From: a virus
Taxonomy: Duplodnaviria; Caudoviricetes
Length of the DNA stretch: 64,000 nucleotides
IMG/VR virus record: IMGVR_UViG_3300028581_000010
Reading direction: 5' to 3' (one strand)
Shown here piece by piece: positions 28,614-36,332 of the stretch. Made by a program: the position numbers and the translations under genes. The notes beneath the pieces are model-generated. The model did no database searches, was not told the DNA's origin, and saw only the letters and a list, made by a program, of their open reading frames with translations. The stretch's first letter is position 1; the number at the start of each line of letters is the position of its first letter.

Positions 28614-29660
28614 TTAGGCTTCTTCTAAAGCCCTAGGGGTGTCAACGTCAACCTTGTCTCTTACCATCGGACCGAACGTGTCCAGCAGGCGAAGCAGCTG
28701 CTCTTTTGATAGTGTGAGGGACGGTGACTCCAGATCCGCTGCAAAGAGGCGAACCACACCTAGGTCAAACACTATCTGACTGTAGCCGAAGTCTGTCGGC
28801 TGGCTATCGGTGCCTATTTCCGGAGAAACAGCCTCCTTCTTGGCATGCTCCCGTGCCTTTAGCAGAAACTCTGCGGCGGAGGTACATACTTGAATGTTGG
28901 TGGACTTACCTAGCTTGCTGCCTGAGACAAATACGCAGACAGTATTCGGACTTAGCGGAGCGGTATGTTTGTCGGAGTTCAGCGGTGTCTTACCATATGC
29001 GAAGCAAACACCGTTTCCTCTGGGTGGCTGAACTGAGTGCGGCTCATTCACGTAGCCTAGTTTCATACAGAACCCAAGAATATTGTATAGCGCAGGATCC
29101 CCCTCGTCAGGCACGTCGTACCTGTAGGCCTGGGCCAACTCTTCTTCGGGTTCGACTACCGCAGAGATATCCTTGTCGTCTGAGGTGAGCCATACAGCTA
29201 GTATTTCTTTTAGCTTTGCATATGGCATGCATAGCTGCAGCTTTCCAGACCTGGAAAACATCACATGCCAGGCACCAGCCATTCTCACAAGGTTTACGCG
29301 AACGGCCCCCTCCACTTCACCTTGTAGGTCACATATGTACTTGTTCTTGAACAGATTCACTTCCGCGAGCGAATTCAAAGCAAGCGCTATAAAGTCTGAC
29401 GGTGAATCCACCGTAAGATAGCAACTGTCCGTCCATTCGGATGTGTCCACAGGTGAGCTGCAGCAGAACGACCCAAGAGACTTTCCGTTAAAGCGCAAGC
29501 CGACTACCTTACCTGCCTCGGCTTTGGCTTTATTCCAAGCCAGGTCGGGTCGCTTAACCTCGGCGGCCTCATGACCAAGCTGCTCAAAGCGCGCCTTCAG
29601 CGCGTTAAACACAGTCTGCAATAGTGTGACGTCGTTGCTGTATAGTTTAAACCCGTTCAT
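28614..29660 (-). CDS. Hypothetical protein (348 aa)
   Basis: Long ORF, no recognised motif. Confidence 0.7.
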   Translation of the reverse strand: MNGFKLYSNDVTLLQTVFNALKARFEQLGHEAAEVKRPDLAWNKAKAEAGKVVGLRFNGKSLGSFCCSSPVDTSEWTDSCYLTVDSPSDFIALALNSLAEVNLFKNKYICDLQGEVEGAVRVNLVRMAGAWHVMFSRSGKLQLCMPYAKLKEILAVWLTSDDKDISAVVEPEEELAQAYRYDVPDEGDPALYNILGFCMKLGYVNEPHSVQPPRGNGVCFAYGKTPLNSDKHTAPLSPNTVCVFVSGSKLGKSTNIQVCTSAAEFLLKAREHAKKEAVSPEIGTDSQPTDFGYSQIVFDLGVVRLFAADLESPSLTLSKEQLLRLLDTFGPMVRDKVDVDTPRALEEA

Positions 29661-30129
29661 CTTGAGTAGGGGCGGATTGTATCCAGTTGATGTTTTCTAT
29701 GTTAAAGACAAGCCTCAGCAGCGTCTTGTACGCACTGGGCAACCCTGCTCTGTCGCAGAGCAGTACATTGTAGAACACCTTGGCGCCGCTGTAGTCGAGT
29801 TCAGGTCGATCGACCCACTTGACGACGTCGCAATTGATGCCGTCTATTTCGACTTCATTATCAGCCATGTAGCGGCGAATAAGGTCATGCCTTTCCTTGG
29901 GCGAGGCAGAGAACACGACTATCTTAAAGCCGAGCTCTTTGCAACGCCTGAGCAGGTTCCACACTCTTGGAAAGGTGTAACCCTTGTCGTGCAGGTCGAA
30001 GACGGTGTTATCGAAGTCGACCGCGACCACAATGCTACCATGCTTCTCCCAATCACGGTGTAGGCGCTCGTAGCAGACGTCCTCGTCGAGAAACGGATCT
30101 TCCTTTAGGGTTGGCGTGTTATGAATCAT
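29647..30129 (-). CDS. HAD-superfamily phosphatase
   Basis: Motif I VAVDFDNTV, motif II VVFSAS, motif IV-like LLCDRAG. Confidence 0.82.
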   Translation of the reverse strand: MIHNTPTLKEDPFLDEDVCYERLHRDWEKHGSIVVAVDFDNTVFDLHDKGYTFPRVWNLLRRCKELGFKIVVFSASPKERHDLIRRYMADNEVEIDGINCDVVKWVDRPELDYSGAKVFYNVLLCDRAGLPSAYKTLLRLVFNIENINWIQSAPTQDERV

Positions 30130-30535
30130 TGTCTTTGATGGTTACCGAGTCCTCTGGATCTTTCGTTACATCAAAGGCGTTGATCATAATGTATGTCGCC
30201 ACCAAGTTCTCGTCGTCGTCGACGCTGAATACGCCGAGCAGAGGAAAGCGTACTTCTTCTTCAAGTAGGCAGGGCAGGGGCTCGTCGAATGCGAGTTGCT
30301 TTTGGACATCTCCATCTTCATCCCAATACTCCTCGCTGTAGTCGCTCGAGAGTTTGAATCCGAGTATTCTTGCCAGAGTATCCATGGCGGCTGAGCCATC
30401 ATAAGAATCCGCTACACTCTCCACGATGCTATCGAGGCAGCGGTAGTCCTCGTGCAGAATCTGTCCGAGAAATGGGTAGGCGTGCTCCCATAGGTCTGCA
30501 ACAGAATTAAATCTTTTTACGTATGTTGTCAGCAT
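30119..30535 (-). CDS. Acidic hypothetical protein
   Basis: 138-aa ORF overlapping its neighbours. Confidence 0.65.
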   Translation of the reverse strand: MLTTYVKRFNSVADLWEHAYPFLGQILHEDYRCLDSIVESVADSYDGSAAMDTLARILGFKLSSDYSEEYWDEDGDVQKQLAFDEPLPCLLEEEVRFPLLGVFSVDDDENLVATYIMINAFDVTKDPEDSVTIKDNDS

Positions 30536-30896
30536 TTTTGATTATTCGTTGTAGATAGACGGCTAGATCAAGCGCCTCTTCCTGCGCATGCTTTAGCCAA
30601 TCCATCGTAGTTAGGTCGTCGCGCTCGGTTGTTACTTTGTATTTCTCAAGACCCACTATAGAGCGCTTTAGTAGGCTTGCACGTACTGCCTCCACGTGGC
30701 TATCTGGAGAGGCGTCTGGTTGTTGTACATATTGATGTACGAGATGCACGGCGTTCACCCAGCCGCGCTGGGCGCACTCGCTCAAGGCTCCGAAGAGGGG
30801 CAGCGAGCCACCTTGATCCGACGTCCAATTGCAGGCGTCGCAATATGTGTTATAAGCTTGTTCAGCTAGAAACAGATCAGTTTCTTCAGGGCTCAT
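30507..30896 (-). CDS. Protein with C-terminal MazG-like / all-alpha NTP-pyrophosphohydrolase-type helix bundle
   Basis: RSIVGLEKY..T..R.DL...DWLKHAQEEALDLAVYL. Confidence 0.6.
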   Translation of the reverse strand: MSPEETDLFLAEQAYNTYCDACNWTSDQGGSLPLFGALSECAQRGWVNAVHLVHQYVQQPDASPDSHVEAVRASLLKRSIVGLEKYKVTTERDDLTTMDWLKHAQEEALDLAVYLQRIIKNADNIRKKI

Positions 30897-31111
30897 AGCA
30901 GTATGAGAGACTCAGGTAGGCAGGCTTGGGAGGTTGTGCCCTCCCAGCCAAGGCTATTCACCTGCTTGTCGAACTTTACAAACACAAACTTCTGGTTAAT
31001 ACTGGAGATCACTCCATACTGCACGTCAGGGTGTTTCATGTCACCGAAAGCGTGTGTCGGCACGTAGGCTACCCTACGCTTCTCCTTGTTGATAAAATCA
31101 GTTATGGTCAT
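30893..31111 (-). CDS. Hypothetical protein
   Basis: 72-aa ORF with ATGA overlaps. Confidence 0.65.
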   Translation of the reverse strand: MTITDFINKEKRRVAYVPTHAFGDMKHPDVQYGVISSINQKFVFVKFDKQVNSLGWEGTTSQACLPESLILL

Positions 31112-31953
31112 TCGTCTAATGCGAGACGTATCTCTTTTTTGGTTAATGTTGTCGGCGCATTTCCGAAAAGCCTGTCGACCAGGTTTTCCTTGGTAAACAC
31201 CGAGAAGTCTTTAAGCAGTACGATCTCCGCACGCTCAATCTTCAGATTCTTGTCTTTTTTAGCTGCATGCGCTTCAGGCAGCTTGGCTATCTCCTCTTCG
31301 GTAAATGTGCGGAAGTGCTTCTGCCGCTGGAAGTATGCGCCGTAGCGCAGATCTGCGGGTAGTTCTTCCCAAGATATACCTTTGGCCTTAAGCTTCTCTC
31401 TTCGTACCGCAGTGCTGAGCCCCTGAAGCTCTTTATGGGAGAAATGGTTGCTCGCTAGCATGTTGACGCTGTTGCGCCGCGCGTCGAGCTCTCTCCACTT
31501 GAAGTACTCAGCGACATCCTCCTTTGTGGGAAGCTGCCAAGCACGAGCATCAAACATTATAGGAGACTTCACCTCCTTAATGGCTCCTGGTCCGTAATTT
31601 GTTGTTAGGAGCGCTCTGTTAAAGGCATATGTGGCGCACGAGGCAGCGCAGGAGATTATCTTCTGCAGCTTGCCGTCGAACCAAACCTGGCTCTTCTCGT
31701 CATCGGTATACAGTAGCAGAGAGATCTCGTCCGACTGTGTGTAGCCAACCTTGGCGCTGGTGTCTTTCATCAACGCCTTGGTAGCCTCTTGCATACACCC
31801 TAAAAAAGCCATATCGAAAGGCTTATCCATGGTACGTGTGCACTTATGAAAGCAACGCCCATCTATGCGTACGAGTATGGGGAGCTTTGGAATGAACTGC
31901 TGCTCACCAAGCTTCTCGTACTTCTTCATCAGGTCACCGAGTCCGTCAGTCAT
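31108..31953 (-). CDS. Thg1-like 3'-5' nucleotidyltransferase (tRNA-His guanylyltransferase family)
   Basis: VRIDGRCFHK.T, GYTQSDEISL, FDAR, WRELDARRNS. Confidence 0.92.
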   Translation of the reverse strand: MTDGLGDLMKKYEKLGEQQFIPKLPILVRIDGRCFHKCTRTMDKPFDMAFLGCMQEATKALMKDTSAKVGYTQSDEISLLLYTDDEKSQVWFDGKLQKIISCAASCATYAFNRALLTTNYGPGAIKEVKSPIMFDARAWQLPTKEDVAEYFKWRELDARRNSVNMLASNHFSHKELQGLSTAVRREKLKAKGISWEELPADLRYGAYFQRQKHFRTFTEEEIAKLPEAHAAKKDKNLKIERAEIVLLKDFSVFTKENLVDRLFGNAPTTLTKKEIRLALDE

Positions 31954-32149
31954 CTTGAACTACCTCCCACTCGAGCACTTCTTTCGGATCTTCAATGAAT
32001 AGCGGAATGACGCGGATGTCGTCCTTCTTACGACGACCCCAGACACCCTTGGCCCACATGCTTACAAAATAGTAGGCCTCTCCATCCTTCGGAAAGATGA
32101 ACTTCACACCCGCTAGCGGTCCTTTTGTCGATAGGTCCTTAATGTGCAT
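31946..32149 (-). CDS. Hypothetical protein
   Basis: 67-aa ORF in the operon. Confidence 0.6.
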   Translation of the reverse strand: MHIKDLSTKGPLAGVKFIFPKDGEAYYFVSMWAKGVWGRRKKDDIRVIPLFIEDPKEVLEWEVVQDD

Positions 32150-32702
32150 CTTCTTTCTCCTTTTCCTCAGGGCCTGTGAACAGTACGCCGTTCATGGATT
32201 TCTTCCAGTTCTTGACGAACTCTTCCATATTGTCGTTGCCGGTATAGCACAGCTTCTGGTCTGCGTAGTGCAGAACCATTGTGTTGGGCCACGCAAAGGG
32301 CGTGATCTCAAGCAAGCGCTGCATTGCCTCGCCGTTGTCCATGCCGGACAACCGTAGAAGTATGAAAGCGGCCGCAGTGGATCTGCATGCACCGGCAAAG
32401 CAGTGAATGAGCACGTTGTACTCTCGAGTGCTGGTGACGAGCCCTTGTAGGAAATTAACAAGGATAGACACGGAGTCTTCATCAGGTCCGAGCAGGTGCG
32501 TCGCTTCACCTTCCACATCATAAAAGTATGTGGCGAAATGGCAGATGTCCTGCGAATTGTTACGCTTGTTGACCTCCTTGATCATCTGGACAGCCTCGTA
32601 ATCATCTGGGTCTACGATACTGACCCACGCGTTATATCTATGCTTTACGCTTGCTACTTGCTCTGCGATGTGCAGGCTTACTACTTTTAGGTCTTTTATC
32701 AT
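32139..32702 (-). CDS. Cys-based protein tyrosine / dual-specificity phosphatase-like protein
   Basis: P-loop LIHCFAGACRSTAAA; FYD acid loop; WPN. Confidence 0.85.
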   Translation of the reverse strand: MIKDLKVVSLHIAEQVASVKHRYNAWVSIVDPDDYEAVQMIKEVNKRNNSQDICHFATYFYDVEGEATHLLGPDEDSVSILVNFLQGLVTSTREYNVLIHCFAGACRSTAAAFILLRLSGMDNGEAMQRLLEITPFAWPNTMVLHYADQKLCYTGNDNMEEFVKNWKKSMNGVLFTGPEEKEKEDAH

Positions 32703-33033
32703 AGTTTGGTTTGTGTAGCACTCCCGAAGAGGTCCGATCCATCTGGTAAAGAAGTCCGGCCATAATCTCCACGTAGCGCTCGTTGGTTGCGTTCTTGTCG
32801 TTTAGTACGTTAAGTAAAAAATGAACCTTCTCATGGTAGAACGTTTGCATGAGAAACTCATCAGACATTGGTTGAGGAGATGTAGCGGGATTCTGTAGTA
32901 GTATCTTGCCTACCGAGTAATGCGCTTCTCCGAGGTTGCCTGTTTCCTCGAGTAGGTCATCTACAAAAGAGACCTCGATCTTGTACCCAAACAGAGAGAA
33001 CTCCCTAGGTATTATACCATTAAGATGTTCCAT
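32638..33033 (-). CDS. Small phage zincin-like metallopeptidase
   Basis: QTFYHEKVHFLL (HExxH) followed by NERYVE. Confidence 0.6.
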   Translation of the reverse strand: MEHLNGIIPREFSLFGYKIEVSFVDDLLEETGNLGEAHYSVGKILLQNPATSPQPMSDEFLMQTFYHEKVHFLLNVLNDKNATNERYVEIMAGLLYQMDRTSSGVLHKPNYDKRPKSSKPAHRRASSKRKA

Positions 33034-33171
33034 CGGCCTCCTTGGTCGGAGTTGTTGGGTGTAGGCTGTTTAAGGCCTCCTGCAGCTCTTCAGCCGCAGA
33101 CATAATGTGCCCGTTATCTAATTTATACATTACGTGCAGCGCGCTGCCGTACATCTTGTGCGCCACCTCCA

Positions 33172-33477
33172 TTAGCTTATCCTTGGGGCATTGAGTTCAG
33201 CCTTTTCCTCCGCAGCGACAGGTGTATAGTGTTTGCAGCAGACCTCATCTATGCATACAGCTGCCTCCCAACACTCCTCCGTTTCGCGACTGAGTCGCAG
33301 CAGCAGTCGTGATAGATGCGGATTCCCGCGTGCGAAGTCAGCAAAACCATCCTGCTTGAGAGCAACGGTCAAATGCTGAAAAAAATCTCTAAGCGCATCA
33401 TATCTCAATGATGCAACTGCTTGGGCTAGGGCCTCTGGGGGCAATCCACCCACTGTTGTTTTATGTGAACATTTCAT
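33172..33477 (-). CDS. Hypothetical protein
   Basis: 101-aa ORF. Confidence 0.6.
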   Translation of the reverse strand: MKCSHKTTVGGLPPEALAQAVASLRYDALRDFFQHLTVALKQDGFADFARGNPHLSRLLLRLSRETEECWEAAVCIDEVCCKHYTPVAAEEKAELNAPRIS

Positions 33478-33538
33478 AATTGAAACTAACGAATAGGGGC
33501 CACAGTATTACCTGTGGCCCCGTTGCGTTCACTCTCGG

Positions 33539-33790
33539 TTATCGAGAGGCGCGTTTGCCTTTGACCGCCTTGGCCTTGGTCGTAACCTTGGCTGCCGCCT
33601 TGCGAGGCTTGGCTTTTGCAGTACGGTTCTGCGAGGCCACGGTGATGGAGCGCTTGACGCCACGTAGCTTGTCGGCGCTGGTGAGAGCCTTGAAGCATGT
33701 GATGAGGTCCGCGTTATCCGTGATACCGTTCTGAATTGCGAGTTTTACGGCACCCGCGTGCACTTTGTTTGTATTGTTGGTTTGTTTCAT
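33539..33790 (-). CDS. Small Lys/Ala-rich basic protein (nucleoid/H1-like tail)
   Basis: TAKAKPRKAAAKVTTKAKAVKGKRASR. Confidence 0.65.
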   Translation of the reverse strand: MKQTNNTNKVHAGAVKLAIQNGITDNADLITCFKALTSADKLRGVKRSITVASQNRTAKAKPRKAAAKVTTKAKAVKGKRASR

Positions 33791-33829
33791 TGTACTTGTT
33801 CTTTGTTCTGCCCTGCTGGGCAAAAGTGT

Positions 33830-35167
33830 TTATTCCTTTAGGTTGTAGTAGTAGCTACGCTCGTTAATTGGTGTGCGTATAAACTTGCCAGATCCTACCA
33901 TCTTGCTTGAGATGTATTGAAATGTTTTTGTTATACCCTTCTCTGCTAGGTAGTTAACGATCGTCCTTTTGTATACTCCTGGAAAAGGTCGGCTATGGCC
34001 ATCTGCCAGCCATTGCTGCTTAACCTCCATGATACATGTGGCGATGTGCTCGAATATATCCTCGAAGCTGGTGTAGTCTACCTCACGGTGCTGTTTTTTA
34101 GGTGCGAGTTTACGCTCCTTGCGCTCCGCTACCTCTTGTGTAATAAACCCCTCAGGCTTCTTGGGCAGTATGCGCCCCATTGGAAATGGTTCGTTAAACT
34201 GCTGCGGGTACTGCTTATTGACTAAAGCCTCTACATAACGTACAACCGCCTGCTTAGCCTCCTCCAGCTTCTGGCGGTTGTTGAGCTCTTGCTGCAGTAG
34301 TAGCTGTCGATTGCTGGTTAGCTCGCGTATTTCTTCTGTCGTTTTTAACGCTTTTGCAAGTGCCTCCAGGCTAAGTTCGTCGTCGCCGACAGCCTCGTCT
34401 TCTGGTAATTCTAGTGTAGTGTCTTCCATTTCATCGTTAAGTGTGAGTCCTATAATCACACACTTGTTTAACTTTCCAAGTATGTGCTCGTACGCAAACA
34501 TATCATATCTTGTCACACCATCTTCACACAGTATGGCTAAAGATACATTACGTGTTCCGCCTTCCTTCTGCAAAAGCTCATCCGCCTCCAGCTGTATTGC
34601 CAGCCCGAGCTGTTCGCTGAGCTGGTTGAGCTCTAGCAGCTTCTTATAGCGCTGCATTCCACCAACCCACAGTATTTTATCTCCCCCATCGCGACCATTT
34701 ACGACAAATGTGACGTATATACGGCTACCTGGTTTGGAGTTCTTCAGATTAGCTAAAATTTTGGCTACATTCTCTTCTGTTGGACCCGACTCTAGGTCCA
34801 TCCATGCAATCATTAAGTTATCCTTGGCGTATTTGTCGTACACCGTATTAACCTCTCCACGAACGTGCTCGTGACACTCCAGTGTGTCTATGGCAACGTC
34901 TCGCATACCAGGCTCTCCAAGGCTACTGTAGCCGTGAAAGCGCCTGTCTACTGTTACAAGCTTTACTCTGCGCTTGTAGTCTTCGTTCTTGTAAAATCTG
35001 TTTCGCAGAATATCTGCCTCATGGTAGCCGTGATCTGACGGCATTGTCATGATTACGTATGGCATACCCTTATGCTCTTCTTCAAAAATATCTATTCTAC
35101 TGTCAAAGAAACGCCTTGCTTGTATTTTAGCCAAGCTCAGCTGCACTCCTTCGTTGTTTACTCCCAT
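33830..35167 (-). CDS. Hypothetical protein (445 aa) with coiled coil
   Basis: Long ORF behind a TTGGTATAAT promoter at about 35205-35214. Confidence 0.75.
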   Translation of the reverse strand: MGVNNEGVQLSLAKIQARRFFDSRIDIFEEEHKGMPYVIMTMPSDHGYHEADILRNRFYKNEDYKRRVKLVTVDRRFHGYSSLGEPGMRDVAIDTLECHEHVRGEVNTVYDKYAKDNLMIAWMDLESGPTEENVAKILANLKNSKPGSRIYVTFVVNGRDGGDKILWVGGMQRYKKLLELNQLSEQLGLAIQLEADELLQKEGGTRNVSLAILCEDGVTRYDMFAYEHILGKLNKCVIIGLTLNDEMEDTTLELPEDEAVGDDELSLEALAKALKTTEEIRELTSNRQLLLQQELNNRQKLEEAKQAVVRYVEALVNKQYPQQFNEPFPMGRILPKKPEGFITQEVAERKERKLAPKKQHREVDYTSFEDIFEHIATCIMEVKQQWLADGHSRPFPGVYKRTIVNYLAEKGITKTFQYISSKMVGSGKFIRTPINERSYYYNLKE

Positions 35168-35230
35168 AGTTAAAATTCAGTCGGTGCTGGTTAAACAGTA
35201 CTCAGAGTATTATACCAATATTTCTGGGCA

Positions 35231-35259
35231 CTAAAAAAGCAGCCAGCAGGCTGCTTTCC
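35231..35259 (-). terminator. Intrinsic terminator
   Basis: ggaaagcagcctgctggctgcttttttag. Confidence 0.75.
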
Positions 35260-35284
35260 TCTTGTTTTGCTTGTACGTTTGGTG

Positions 35285-35401
35285 TTATCGCTTAGGTGTA
35301 TGGAAAAACCACCCCATAAACATAGCGACTACTATTCCAACTGTGACAAGTGATGTCTGATTGAGGAGAACAAGGGCTCCTCCTACTGCTAATATGCTCA
35401 T
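35285..35401 (-). CDS. 38-aa membrane peptide (not in the ORF track)
   Basis: MSILAVGGALVLLNQTSLVTVGIVVAMFMGWFFHTPKR*; own CGGTATAAT box upstream and terminator downstream. Confidence 0.55.
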   Translation of the reverse strand: MSILAVGGALVLLNQTSLVTVGIVVAMFMGWFFHTPKR

Positions 35402-35490
35402 TTCAAGTAATTATACCGTAAAAGAGCTCAAATCTAAAAAAACGCTCATTGCGTTCAAATTATTATACCAAGAAAATTAGAAATTGCTAA

Positions 35491-35898
35491 TTATCTACCA
35501 GCATAGCGTACTGCCGGTGGTGTAGCTTGGGGCTGCGGCACCGCAGCAGGCTTTTGTGTTAGATTAGCGTACTGATTCTTGTAGTATGGTGCTACAACGT
35601 TAGTTAAGTTGTTACCTACTGCGTTAACTGCTCTATGCACACCCGTCCACATAGCTGCCGATGGAAGACTTAGACCGGAGATAGGGTTTGCCAGCGTTTC
35701 TTCCATAAAGCTTGGTTGCGCGCTCGCAATCTTCTTAGGAAGGCCTTTATGCTTGGTTGCGGCGAAGTCATGGAGCTGCTTTTTGCTCAGAGACTCGGCT
35801 AGCCGACGTATTTCAGGAGTAGCAGTGGACAATTTGCCTTTTTTATAGGCGTATGCTTGTCCAAATAGACGTTGTTGGCTTTGAGATACAGCTGGCAT
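35491..35898 (-). CDS. DUF3008-like protein with K-x-A motif and C-terminal extension
   Basis: MPAVSQSQQRLFGQAYAYKKG...LHDFAATKHKGLPKK, then KIASA. Confidence 0.75.
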   Translation of the reverse strand: MPAVSQSQQRLFGQAYAYKKGKLSTATPEIRRLAESLSKKQLHDFAATKHKGLPKKIASAQPSFMEETLANPISGLSLPSAAMWTGVHRAVNAVGNNLTNVVAPYYKNQYANLTQKPAAVPQPQATPPAVRYAGR

Positions 35899-35903
35899 AA
35901 CAA

Positions 35904-36332
35904 TTATTTACCGAACATGAGCTTGATTTTGCGTTTTATCTTAGAAATGTCTAGATTCATCTCTGTTTCAGTATATCTTAACACAATGTAGCCCTTTTTT
36001 TCCAGTCTTTCAGTAACCTTTTTGTCCTTGGCGGCCTGTTTTGGCTTACCGTGCCAAAAATCTCCGTCTGTAAAGAGCACATAATTGGGCTCGACGACGG
36101 CGTCTGCGACACAAATACCGGCTACAGGCTGCTGCTTCTTGAAGCCTATACCAAGCGCCCCTAAAAGTTCATACATTTTAGTCTCAATGTACGTTTCAGG
36201 ATGCTTTCCGTTGAGGTAACCACGTATGCCTGCACACTTTGCACTACATGTCTTACCGTTCAGCATCCTTTTTGGAGGCTTAACCCATTCCCTTTTGCAA
36301 AAAGGACAAATTTTTAGCTCTTTTTTAACCAA
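35904..36332 (-). CDS. DUF559/Vsr-like PD-(D/E)XK endonuclease with zinc ribbon (probable free-standing homing endonuclease)
   Basis: CPFC..CSAKC, T.IE, ADA, FTDGDFWHG, D......L...GY.VLR. Confidence 0.8.
   Translation of the reverse strand: MVKKELKICPFCKREWVKPPKRMLNGKTCSAKCAGIRGYLNGKHPETYIETKMYELLGALGIGFKKQQPVAGICVADAVVEPNYVLFTDGDFWHGKPKQAAKDKKVTERLEKKGYIVLRYTETEMNLDISKIKRKIKLMFGK

Noticed and set aside
33830-35167. Methyltransferase-like N-terminal domain
   Set aside because: The strand/acidic-residue pattern is suggestive, but no GxGxG-type motif can be identified by eye
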